Below are positions 15,301 to 28,200 of a stretch of 64,000 nucleotides of DNA, piece by piece. Source of the stretch: Eledone cirrhosa (taxonomy: Eukaryota); contig OZ024740.1 in the NCBI GenBank assembly GCA_964016885.1, positions 28,334,001-28,398,000 on the forward strand. Reading direction: 5' to 3'. Each line of letters starts with the position of its first letter. The first letter of the stretch is position 1. The translations under genes were made by a program, and so were the position numbers. The notes beneath the pieces were generated by a model. That model was not told the DNA's origin. It saw nothing but the letters and a program-made list of their open reading frames with translations, and ran no database searches.

Positions 15301-17399
15301 TATATGTGATTTTCCTGAGTATATGTGATTTTCATGATTATGTGATTTTCCTGACAATATGTGATTTTCCTGAGTATATGTGATTTTCCTGAGTATACGT
15401 GATTTTCATGACTATGTGATTTTCCTGACAATATGTGATTTTCCTGAGTATATGTGATTTTCCTGAGTATATGTGATTTTCCTGAGTATATGTGATTTTC
15501 TTGAGTATATGTGATTTTCCTGAGTATATGTGATTTCCCTGAGTATATGTGATTTTCCTGACTATTTGTGATTTTCCTGACTATGTGATTTTCTTGACTA
15601 TATGTGATTTTCCTGAGTATATGTGATTTTAATGAGTATATGTGATATTCCTGAGTATATGTGATTTTCCTGACTATATGTGATTTTCCTGACTATAAGT
15701 GATTTTCCTGAGTATATAAAATTTCCCTGAGTATATGTGATTTTCCTGAGTATATGTGATTTCCCTGACTATATGTGATTTTCCTGAGTATATGTAATTT
15801 CCCTGAGTATATGTGATTTTCCTGAGTATATGTGATCTCCTGACTATATGTGATTTTCCTGAGTATATGTGATTTCCCTGACAATATGTGATTTCCCTGA
15901 GTATATGTGATTTTCCTGAGTATATGTGATTTTCCTGAGTATATGTGATTTCCCTGACTATATTTGATTTTCATGATTATATGTGATCTTCCTGAGTATA
16001 TGTGATTTTCCTGAGTATATGTGATTTCCCTGAGTATATGTGATTTTCCAGAGTATATGTGATTTTCATGACTATATGTGATTTTCCTGAGTATATGTGA
16101 TTTTCATGATTATGTGATTTTCCTGACAATATGTGATTTTCCTGAGTATATGTGATTTTCCTGAGTATATGTGATTTTCCTGAGTATATGTGATTTTCTT
16201 GAGTATATGTGATTTTCCTGAGTATATGTGATTTCCCTGAGTATATGTGATTTTCCTGACTATTTGTGATTTTCCTGACTATGTGATTTTCTTGACTATA
16301 TGTGATTTTCCTGAGTATATTTGATTTTGCTGACTATATGTGATTTTCCTGAGTATATGTGATTTTCCTGACTTTATGTGATTTTCCTGAGTATATGTGA
16401 TTTTCCTGACTATATGTGATTTTCCTGAGTATATGTGATTTTCCTGACTATATGTGATTTTCCTGACAATATGTGATTTTCCTGAGTATGTGTGATTTTC
16501 ATGAGTATATGTGATTTTCATGAGTATACGTGATTTTCCTGAGTATATGTAATTTCTTTGAGTATATGTGATTTCTCTGACTATATGTGATGTTCCTGAG
16601 TATATGTGATCTTCCTGAGTATATGTGATTTTCCTGAGTATAGGCGATTTTCCTGAGTATATGTGATTTTTCTGACTATATGTGATCTTCCTGAGTATAT
16701 GTGATTTCCCTGAGTATATGTGATTTTCCTGAGTATATATGATTTTCCTGAGTATATGTGATTTTCCTGAGTATATGTGATTTCCCTGAATATATGTGAT
16801 TTTCCAGAGTATATGTGATTATTCTGTGTATATATAATTTTCCTGAGTATATGTGACTTTCCTGAGTATATGTGATTTCCCTGAGTATATGTGATTTTCC
16901 TCAGTATATGTGATTTTCCTGACAATATTTGATTTTCCTGAGTATATGTGATTTTCCTGAGTATATGTGATTTCCCTGAGTATATGTGATTTTCCTGAGT
17001 ATATGTGATTTTCCTGACTATATGTGATTTTCCTGAGTATATGTGATTTCCATGACTATATGTGATTTTCCTGAGTATATGTAATTTCCCTGAGTATATG
17101 TGATTTTCCTGAGTATATGTGATTTCCCTGACTATATGTGATTTTCATGATTATATGTGATCTTCCTGAGTATATGTGATTTTCCTGAGTATGTGTGATT
17201 TCCCTGAGTATATGTGATTTTTCTGAGTATATGTGATTTTCATGAGTATATGTGATTTTCCTGAGTATACGTGATTTTCATGACTATGTGATTTTCCTGA
17301 CAATATGTGATTTTCCTGAGTATATGTGATTTTCCTGAGTATATGTGATTTTCCTGAGTATATGTGATTTTCTTGAGTATATGTGATTTTCCTGAGTAT

Positions 17400-20300
17400 A
17401 TGTGATTTCCCTGAGTATATGTGATTTTCCTGACTATTTGTGATTTTCCTGACTATGTGATTTTCTTGACTATATGTGATTTTCCTGAGTATATGTGATT
17501 TTCATGAGTATATGTGATATTCCTGAGTATATGTGATTTTCCTGACTATATGTGATTTTCCTGAGTATATGTGATCTTCCTGAGTATATGTGATTTTCCT
17601 GAGTATATGCGATTTCCCTGAGTATATGTGATTTTCCTGAGTATATATGATTTTCCTGAGTATATGTGATTTTCCTGAGTATATGTGATTTCCCTGAATA
17701 TATGTGATTTTCCAGAGTATATGTGATTATTCTGTGTATATATAATTTTCCTGAGTATATGTGACTTTCCTGAGTATATGTGATTTCCCTGAGTATATGT
17801 GATTTTCCTCAGTATATGTGATTTTCCTGACAATATTTGATTTTCCTGAGTATATGTGATTTTCCTGAGTATATGTGATTTCCCTGAGTATATGTGATTT
17901 TCCTGACTATTTGTGATTTTCCTGACTATGTGATTTTCTTGACTATATGTGATTTTCCTGAGTATATGTGATTTTCCTGACTATATGTGATTTTCCTGAG
18001 TATATAAAATTTCCCTGAGTATATGTGATTTTCCTGAGTATATGTGATTTTCCTGACTATATGTGATTTTCCTGAGTATATGTGATTTCCCTGACTATAT
18101 GTGATTTTCCTGAGTATATGTAATTTCCCTGAGTATATGTGATTTTCCTGAGTATATGTGATTTCCCTGACTATATGTGATTTTCATGATTATATGTGAT
18201 CTTCCTGAGTATATGTGATTTTCCTGAGTATGTGTGATTTCCCTGAGTATATGTGATTTTCCTGAGTATATGTGATTTTCATGAGTATATGTGATTTTCC
18301 TGAGTATACGTGATTTTCATGACTATGTGATTTTCCTGACAATATGTGATTTTCCTGAGTATATGTGATTTTCCTGAGTATATGTGATTTTCCTGAGTAT
18401 ATGTGATTTTCTTGAGTATATGTGATTTTCCTGAGTATATGTGATTTCCCTGAGTATATGTGATTTTCCTGACTATTTGTGATTTTCCTGACTATGTGAT
18501 TTTCTTGACTATATGTGATTTTCCTGAGTATATGTGATTTTCATGAGTATATGTGATATTCCTGAGTATATGTGATTTTCCTGACTATATGTGATTTTCC
18601 TGAGTATATGTGATCTTCCTGAGTATATGTGATTTTCCTGAGTATATGCGATTTTCCTGAGTATATGTGATTTTCCTGAGTATATGAAATTTCCCTGAGT
18701 ATATGTGATTTTCCTGATTATTTGTGATTTTCATGACTGTGATTTTCTTGACTATATGTGATTTTCTTGAGTATATGTGATTTTCCTGACTATATGTGAT
18801 TTTCCTGAGTATATAAAATTTCCCTGAGTATATGTGATTTTCCTGAGTATATGTGATTTTCCTGACTATATGTGATTTTCCTGAGTATATGTGATTTCCC
18901 TGACTATATGTGATTTTCCTGAGTATATGTAATTTCCCTGAGTATATGTGATTTTCCTGAGTATATGTGATCTCCTGACTATATGTGATTTTCCTGAGTA
19001 TATGTGATTTCCCTGACTATATGTGATTTCCCTGAGTATATGTGATTTTCCTGAGTATATGTGATTTTCCTGAGTATATGTGATTTCCCTGACTATATGT
19101 GATTTTCATGATTATATGTGATCTTCCTGAGTATATGTGATTTTCCTGAGTATATGTGATTTCCCTGAGTATATGTGATTTTCCTGAGTATATGTGATTT
19201 TCCTGACAATATGTGATTTTCCTGAGTATATGTGATTTTCCTGAGTATATGTGATTTTCTTGAGTATATGTGATTTTCCTGAGTATATGTGATTTCCCTG
19301 AGTATATGTGATTTTCCTGACTATTTGTGATTTTCCTGACTATGTGATTTTCTTGACTATATGTGATTTTCCTGAGTATATGTGATTTTCCTGAGTATAT
19401 GTGATTTTCTTGAGTATATGTGATTTTCCTGAGTATATGTGATTTCCCTGAGTATATGTGATTTTCCTGACTATTTGTGATTTTCCTGACTATGTGATTT
19501 TCTTGACTATGTGATTTTCCTGAGTATATGTGATTTTGCTGACTATATGTGATTTTCCTGAGTATATAAAATTTCCCTGAGTATATGTGATTTTCCTGAG
19601 TATATGTGATTTTCCTGACTATATGTGCTTTTCCTGAGTATATGTGATTTCCCTGACTATATGTGATTTCCCGGAGTATATGTGATTTTCATGAGTATAT
19701 GTGATTTTCCTGAGTATATGTGATCTTCCTGAGTATATGTGATTTTCCTGAGTATATGTGATTTTCCTGAGTATATGTGATCTTCCTGAGTATATGTGAT
19801 TTTCCTGAGTATATGTGATTTCCCTGAGTATATGTGATTTTCCTGAGTATATGTGATTTTCATGACTATATGTGATTTTCCTGAGTATATGTGATTTTCC
19901 TGACTATATGTGATTTTCCTGACAATATGTGATTTTCCTGAGTATGTGTGATTTTCATGAGTATATGAGATTTTCCTGAGTATACGTGATTTCCCTGACT
20001 ATATGTGATGTTCCTGAGTATATGTGATCTTCCTGAGTATATGTGATTTTCCTGAGTATAGGCGATTTTCCTGAGTACATGTGATTTTTCTGACTATATG
20101 TGATCTTCCTGAGTATATGTGATTTCCCTGAGTATATGTGATTTCCCTGACTATATGTGATTTTCATGATTATATGTGATCTTCCTGAGTATATGTGATT
20201 TTCCTGAGTATATGTGATTTCCCTGAGTATATGTGATTTTCCTGAGTATATGTGATTTTCATGATTATGTGATTTTCCTGACAATATGTGATTTTCCTGA

Positions 20301-23300
20301 GTATATGTGATTTTCCTGAGTATATGTGATTTTCCTGAGTATATGTGATTTTCTTGAGTATATGTGATTTTCCTGAGTATATGTGATTTCCCTGAGTATA
20401 TGTGATTTTCCTGACTATTTGTGATTTTCCTGACTATGTGATTTTCTTGACTATATGTGATTTTCCTGAGTATATGTGATTTTGCTGACTATATGTGATT
20501 TTCCTGAGTATATGTGATTTTCCTGACTTTATGTGATTTTCCTGAGTATATGTGATTTTCCTGACTATATGTGATTTTCCTGAGTATATGTGATTTTCCT
20601 GACTATATGTGATTTTCCTGACAATATGTGATTTTCCTGAGTATGTGTGATTTTCATGAGTATATGTGATTTTCATGAGTATACGTGATTTTCCTGGGTA
20701 TATGTAATTTCTTTGAGTATATGTGATTTCTCTGACTATATGTGATGTTCCTGAGTATATGTGATCTTCCTGAGTATATGTGATTTTCCTGAGTATAGGC
20801 GATTTTCCTGAGTATATGTGATTTTTCTGACTATATGTGATCTTCCTGAGTATATGTGATTTCCCTGAGTATATGTGATTTTCCTGAGTATATATGATTT
20901 TCCTGAGTATATGTGATTTTCCTGAGTATATGTGATTTCCCTGAATATATGTGATTTTCCAGAGTATATGTGATTATTCTGTGTATATATAATTTTCCTG
21001 AGTATATGTGACTTTCCTGAGTATATGTGATTTCCCTGAGTATATGTGATTTTCCTCAGTATATGTGATTTTCCTGACAATATTTTATTTTCCTGAGTAT
21101 ATGTGATTTTCCTGAGTATATGTGATTTCCCTGAGTATATGTGATTTTCCTGACTATTTGTGATTTTCCTGACTATGTGATTTTCTTGACTATATGTGAT
21201 TTTCCTGAGTATATGTGATTTTCCTGACTATATGTGATTTTCCTGAGTATATAAAATTTCCCTGAGTATATGTGATTTTCTTGACTATATGTGATTTTCC
21301 TGAGTACATGTGATTTTCCTGACTATATGTGATTTTCCTGAGTATATAAAATTTCCCTGAGTATATGTGATTTCCCTGAGTATATGTGATTTTCCTGACT
21401 ATTTGTGATTTTCCTGACTATGTGATTTTCTTGACTATATGTGATTTTCCTGAGTATATGTGATTTTCATGAGTATATGTGATATTCCTGAGTATATGTG
21501 ATTTTCCTGACTATATGTGATTTTCCTGAGTATATGTGATCTTCCTGAGTATATGTGATTTTCCTGAGTATATGCGATTTCCCTGAGTATATGTGATTTT
21601 CCTGAGTATATATGATTTTCCTGAGTATATGTGATTTTCCTGAGTATATGTGATTTCCCTGAATATATGTGATTTTCCAGAGTATATGTGATTATTCTGT
21701 GTATATATAATTTTCCTGAGTATATGTGACTTTCCTGAGTATATGTGATTTCCCTGAGTATATGTGATTTTCCTCAGTATATGTGATTTTCCTGACAATA
21801 TTTGATTTTCCTGAGTATATGTGATTTTCCTGAGTATATGTGATTTCCCTGAGTATATGTGATTTTCCTGACTATTTGTGATTTTCCTGACTATGTGATT
21901 TTCTTGACTATATGTGATTTTCCTGAGTATATGTGATTTTCCTGACTATATGTGATTTTCCTGAGTATATAAAATTTCCCTGAGTATATGTGATTTTCCT
22001 GAGTATATGTGATTTTCCTGACTATATGTGATTTTCCTGAGTATATGTGATTTCCCTGACTATATGTGATTTTCCTGAGTATATGTAATTTCCCTGAGTA
22101 TATGTGATTTTCCTGAGTATATGTGATTTCCCTGACTATATGTGATTTTCATGATTATATGTGATCTTCCTGAGTATATGTGATTTTCCTGAGTATGTGT
22201 GATTTCCCTGAGTATATGTGATTTTCCTGAGTATATGTGATTTTCATGAGTATATGTGATTTTCCTGAGTATACGTGATTTTCATGACTATGTGATTTTC
22301 CTGACAATATGTGATTTTCCTGAGTATATGTGATTTTCCTGAGTATATGTGATTTTCCTGAGTATATGTGATTTTCTTGAGTATATGTGATTTTCCTGAG
22401 TATATGTGATTTCCCTGAGTATATGTGATTTTCCTGACTATTTGTGATTTTCCTGACTATGTGATTTTCTTGACTATATGTGATTTTCCTGAGTATATGT
22501 GATTTTCATGAGTATATGTGATATTCCTGAGTATATGTGATTTTCCTGACTATATGTGATTTTCCTGAGTATATGTGATCTTCCTGAGTATATGTGATTT
22601 TCCTGAGTATATGCGATTTTCCTGAGTATATGTGATTTTCCTGAGTATATGAAATTTCCCTGAGTATATGTGATTTTCCTGATTATTTGTGATTTTCATG
22701 ACTGTGATTTTCTTGACTATATGTGATTTTCTTGAGTATATGTGATTTTCCTGACTATATGTGATTTTCCTGAGTATATAAAATTTCCCTGAGTATATGT
22801 GATTTTCCTGAGTATATGTGATTTTCCTGACTATATGTGATTTTCCTGAGTATATGTGATTTCCCTGACTATATGTGATTTTCCTGAGTATATGTAATTT
22901 CCCTGAGTATATGTGATTTTCCTGAGTATATGTGATCTCCTGACTATATGTGATTTTCCTGAGTATATGTGATTTCCCTGACTATATGTGATTTCCCTGA
23001 GTATATGTGATTTTCCTGAGTATATGTGATTTTCCTGAGTATATGTGATTTCCCTGACTATATGTGATTTTCATGATTATATGTGATCTTCCTGAGTATA
23101 TGTGATTTTCCTGAGTATATGTGATTTCCCTGAGTATATGTGATTTTCCTGAGTATATGTGATTTTCCTGACAATATGTGATTTTCCTGAGTATATGTGA
23201 TTTTCCTGAGTATATGTGATTTTCTTGAGTATATGTGATTTTCCTGAGTATATGTGATTTCCCTGAGTATATGTGATTTTCCTGACTATTTGTGATTTTC

Positions 23301-25250
23301 CTGACTATGTGATTTTCTTGACTATATGTGATTTTCCTGAGTATATGTGATTTTCCTGAGTATATGTGATTTTCTTGAGTATATGTGATTTTCCTGAGTA
23401 TATGTGATTTCCCTGAGTATATGTGATTTTCCTGACTATTTGTGATTTTCCTGACTATGTGATTTTCTTGACTATATGTGATTTTCCTGAGTATATGTGA
23501 TTTTGCTGACTATATGTGATTTTCCTGAGTATATAAAATTTCCCTGAGTATATGTGATTTTCCTGAGTATATGTGATTTTCCTGACTATATGTGCTTTTC
23601 CTGAGTATATGTGATTTCCCTGACTATATGTGATTTCCCGGAGTATATGTGATTTTCATGAGTATATGTGATTTTCCTGAGTATATGTGATCTTCCTGAG
23701 TATATGTGATTTTCCTGAGTATATGTGATTTTCCTGAGTATATGTGATCTTCCTGAGTATATGTGATTTTCCTGAGTATATGTGATTTCCCTGAGTATAT
23801 GTGATTTTCCTGAGTATATGTGATTTTCATGACTATATGTGATTTTCCTGAGTATATGTGATTTTCCTGACTATATGTGATTTTCCTGACAATATGTGAT
23901 TTTCCTGAGTATGTGTGATTTTCATGAGTATATGAGATTTTCCTGAGTATACGTGATTTCCCTGACTATATGTGATGTTCCTGAGTATATGTGATCTTCC
24001 TGAGTATATGTGATTTTCCTGAGTATAGGCGATTTTCCTGAGTACATGTGATTTTTCTGACTATATGTGATCTTCCTGAGTATATGTGATTTCCCTGAGT
24101 ATATGTGATTTCCCTGACTATATGTGATTTTCATGATTATATGTGATCTTCCTGAGTATATGTGATTTTCCTGAGTATATGTGATTTCCCTGAGTATATG
24201 TGATTTTCCTGAGTATATGTGATTTTCATGACTATATGTGATTTTCCTGAGTATATGTGATTTTCATGATTATGTGATTTTCCTGACAATATGTGATTTT
24301 CCTGAGTATATGTGATTTTCCTGAGTATATGTGATTTTCCTGAGTATATGTGATTTTATTGAGTATATGTGATTTTCCTGAGTATATGTGATTTCCCTGA
24401 GTATATGTGATTTTCCTGACTATTTGTGATTTTCCTGACTATGTGATTTTCTTGACTATATGTGATTTTCCTGAGTATATGTGATTTTGCTGACTATATG
24501 TGATTTTCCTGAGTATATGTGATTTTCCTGACTTTATGTGATTTTCCTGAGTATATGTGATTTTCCTGACAATATGTGATTTTCCTGAGTATGTGTGATT
24601 TTCATGAGTATATGTGATTTTCATGAGTATACGTGATTTTCCTGGGTATATGTAATTTCTTTGAGTATATGTGATTTCTCTGACTATATGTGATGTTCCT
24701 GAGTATATGTGATCTTCCTGAGTATATGTGATTTTCCTGAGTATAGGCGATTTTCCTGAGTATATGTGATTTTTCTGACTATATGTGATCTTCCTGAGTA
24801 TATGTGATTTCCCTGAGTATATGTGATTTTCCTGAGTATATATGATTTTCCTGAGTATATGTGATTTTCCTGAGTATATGTGATTTCCCTGAATATATGT
24901 GATTTTCCAGAGTATATGTGATTATTCTGTGTATATATAATTTTCCTGAGTATATGTGACTTTCCTGAGTATATGTGATTTCCCTGAGTATATGTGATTT
25001 TCCTCAGTATATGTGATTTTCCTGACAATATTTTATTTTCCTGAGTATATGTGATTTTCCTGAGTATATGTGATTTCCCTGAGTATATGTGATTTTCCTG
25101 ACTATTTGTGATTTTCCTGACTATGTGATTTTCTTGACTATATGTGATTTTGCTGAGTATATGTGATTTTCCTGACTATATGTGATTTTCCTGAGTATAT
25201 AAAATTTCCCTGAGTATATGTGATTTTCTTGACTATATGTGATTTTCCTG
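17400..25250. repeat. About 3.95-3.97 kb tandem duplication (two copies)
   Basis: ORF pairs 17546/21511 (+3,965), 19657/23624 (+3,967) and 20736/24684 (+3,948). The 15-bp monomer is at 18735/22700 and TATTTTATTT at 21081/25029. Confidence 0.88.
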
Positions 25251-28200
25251 AGTATATGTGATTTTCCTGACTATATGTGATTTTCCTGAGTATATAAAAT
25301 TTCCCTGAGTATATGTGATTTTCCTGAGTATATGTGATTTTCCTGACTATATGTGATTTCCCTGAGTATATGTGATTTCCCTGACTATATGTGATTTTCC
25401 TGAGTATATGTAATTTCCCTGAGTATATGTGATTTTCCTGAGTATATGTAATTTTCCTGACTATATGTGATTTTCCTGAGTATATGTGATTTCCCTGACT
25501 ATATGTGATTTTCATGATTATATGTGATCTTCCTGAGTATATGTGATTTCCCTGAGTATATGAAATTTCCCTGAGTATATGTGAATTTCCTTACTATTTG
25601 TGATTTTCCTGACTATGTGATTTTCTTGACTATATGTGATTTTCCTGAGTATATGTGATTTTCCTGACTATATGTGATTTTCCTGAGTATATAAAATTTC
25701 CCTGAGTATATGTGATTTTCCTGAGTATATGTGATTTTCCTGACTATATGTGATTTTCCTGAGTATATGTGATTTCCCTGACTATATGTGATTTTCCTGA
25801 GTATATGTAATTTCCCTGAGTATATGTGATTTTCCTGAGTATATGTGATCTCCTGACTATATGTGATTTTCCTGAGTATATGTGATTTCCCTGACTATAT
25901 GTGATTTCCCTGAGTATATGTGATTTTCCTGAGTATATGTGATTTTCCTGAGTATATGTGATTTCCCTGACTATATGTGATTTTCATGATTATATGTGAT
26001 CTTCCTGAGTATATGTGATTTTCCTGAGTATATGTGATTTCCCTGAGTATATGTGATTTTCCTGAGTATATGTGATTTTCATGACTATATGTGATTTTCC
26101 TGAGTATATTTGATTTTCATGATTATGTGATTTTCCTGACAATATGTGATTTGCCTGAGTATATGTGATTTTCCTGAGTATATGTGATTTTCCTGAGTAT
26201 ATGTGATTTTCTTGAGTATATGTGATTTTCCTGAGTATATGTGATTTCCCTGAGTATATGTGATTTTCCTGACTATTTGTGATTTTCCTGACTATGTGAT
26301 TTTCTTGACTATATGTGATTTTCCTGAGTATATGTGATTTTGCTGACTATATGTGATTTTCCTGAGTATATAAAATTTCCCTGAGTATATGTGATTTTCC
26401 TGAGTATATGTGATTTTCCTGACTATATGTGCTTTTCCTGGGTATATGTGATTTCCCTGACTATATGTGATTTCCCGGAGTATATGTGATTTTCATGAGT
26501 ATATGTGATTTTCCTGAGTATATGTGATCTTCCTGAGTATATGTGATTTTCCTGAGTATATGTGATTTTCCTGAGTATATGTGATTTTCCTGAGTATATG
26601 TGATTTCCCTGAGTATATGTGATTTTCCTGAGTATATGTGATTTTCCTGACTTTATGTGATTTTCCTGAGTATATGTGATTTTCATGACTATATGTGATT
26701 TTCCTGAGTATATGTGATTTTCCTGACTATATGTGATTTTCCTGACAAATGTGATTTTCCTGAGTATGTGTGATTTTCATGAGTATATGTGATTTTCATG
26801 AGTATACGTGATTTTCCTGAGTATATGTAATTTCTTTGAGTATATGTGATTTCCCTGACTATATGTGATGTTCCTGAGTATATGTGATCTTCCTGAGTAT
26901 ATGTGATTTTCCTGAGTATAGGCGATTTTCCTGAGTATATGTGATTTTCATGACTATATGTGATTTTCCTGAGTATATGTGATTTTCATGATTATGTGAT
27001 TTTCCTGACAATATGTGATTTTCCTGAGTATATGTGATTTTCCTGAGTATATGTGATTTTCCTGAGTATATGTGATTTTCTTGAGTATATGTGATTTTCC
27101 TGAGTATATGTGATTTCCCTGAGTATATGTGATTTTCCTGAGTATATGTGTTTTTCTTGAGTATATGTGATTTTCCTGAGTATATGTGATTTCCCTGAGT
27201 ATATGTGATTTTCCTGACTATTTGTGATTTTCCTGACTATGTGATTTTCTTGACTATATGTGATTTCCCTGACTATATGTGATTTTCCTGAGTATATGAA
27301 ATTTCCCTGAGTATATGTGATTTTCCTGAGTATATGTGATTTCCCTGACTATATGTGATTTTCATGATTATATGTGATCTTCCTGAGTATATGTGATTTT
27401 CCTGAGTATATGTGATTTTCATGATTATGTGATTTTCCTGACAATATGTGATTTTCCTGAGTATATGTGATTTTCCTGAGTATACGTGATTTTCATGACT
27501 ATGTGATTTTCTTGACAATATGTGATTTTCCTGAGTATATGTGATTTTCCTGAGTATATGTGATTTTCCTGAGTATATGTGATTTTCTTGAGTATATGTG
27601 ATTTTCCTGAGTATATGTGATTTCCCTGAGTATATGTGATTTTCCTGACTATTTGTGATTTTCCTGACTATGTGATTTTCTTGACTATATGTGATTTTCC
27701 TGAGTATATGTGATTTTAATGAGTATATGTGATATTCCTGAGTATATGTGATTTTCCTGACTATATGTGATTTTCCTGACTATATGTGATTTTCCTGAGT
27801 ATATAAAATTTCCCTGAGTATATGTGATTTTCCTGAGTATATGTGATTTCCCTGACTATATGTGATTTTCCTGAGTATATGTAATTTCCCTGAGTATATG
27901 TGATTTTCCTGAGTATATGTGATCTCCTGACTATATGTGATTTTCCTGAGTATATGTGATTTCCCTGACTATATGTGATTTCCCTGAGTATATGTGATTT
28001 TCCTGAGTATATGTGATTTTCCTGAGTATATGTGATTTCCCTGACTATATGTGATTTTCATGATTATATGTGATCTTCCTGAGTATATGTGATTTTCCTG
28101 AGTATATGTGATTTCCCTGAGTATATGTGATTTTCCAGAGTATATGTGATTTTCATGACTATATGTGATTTTCCTGAGTATATGTGATTTTCATGATTAT

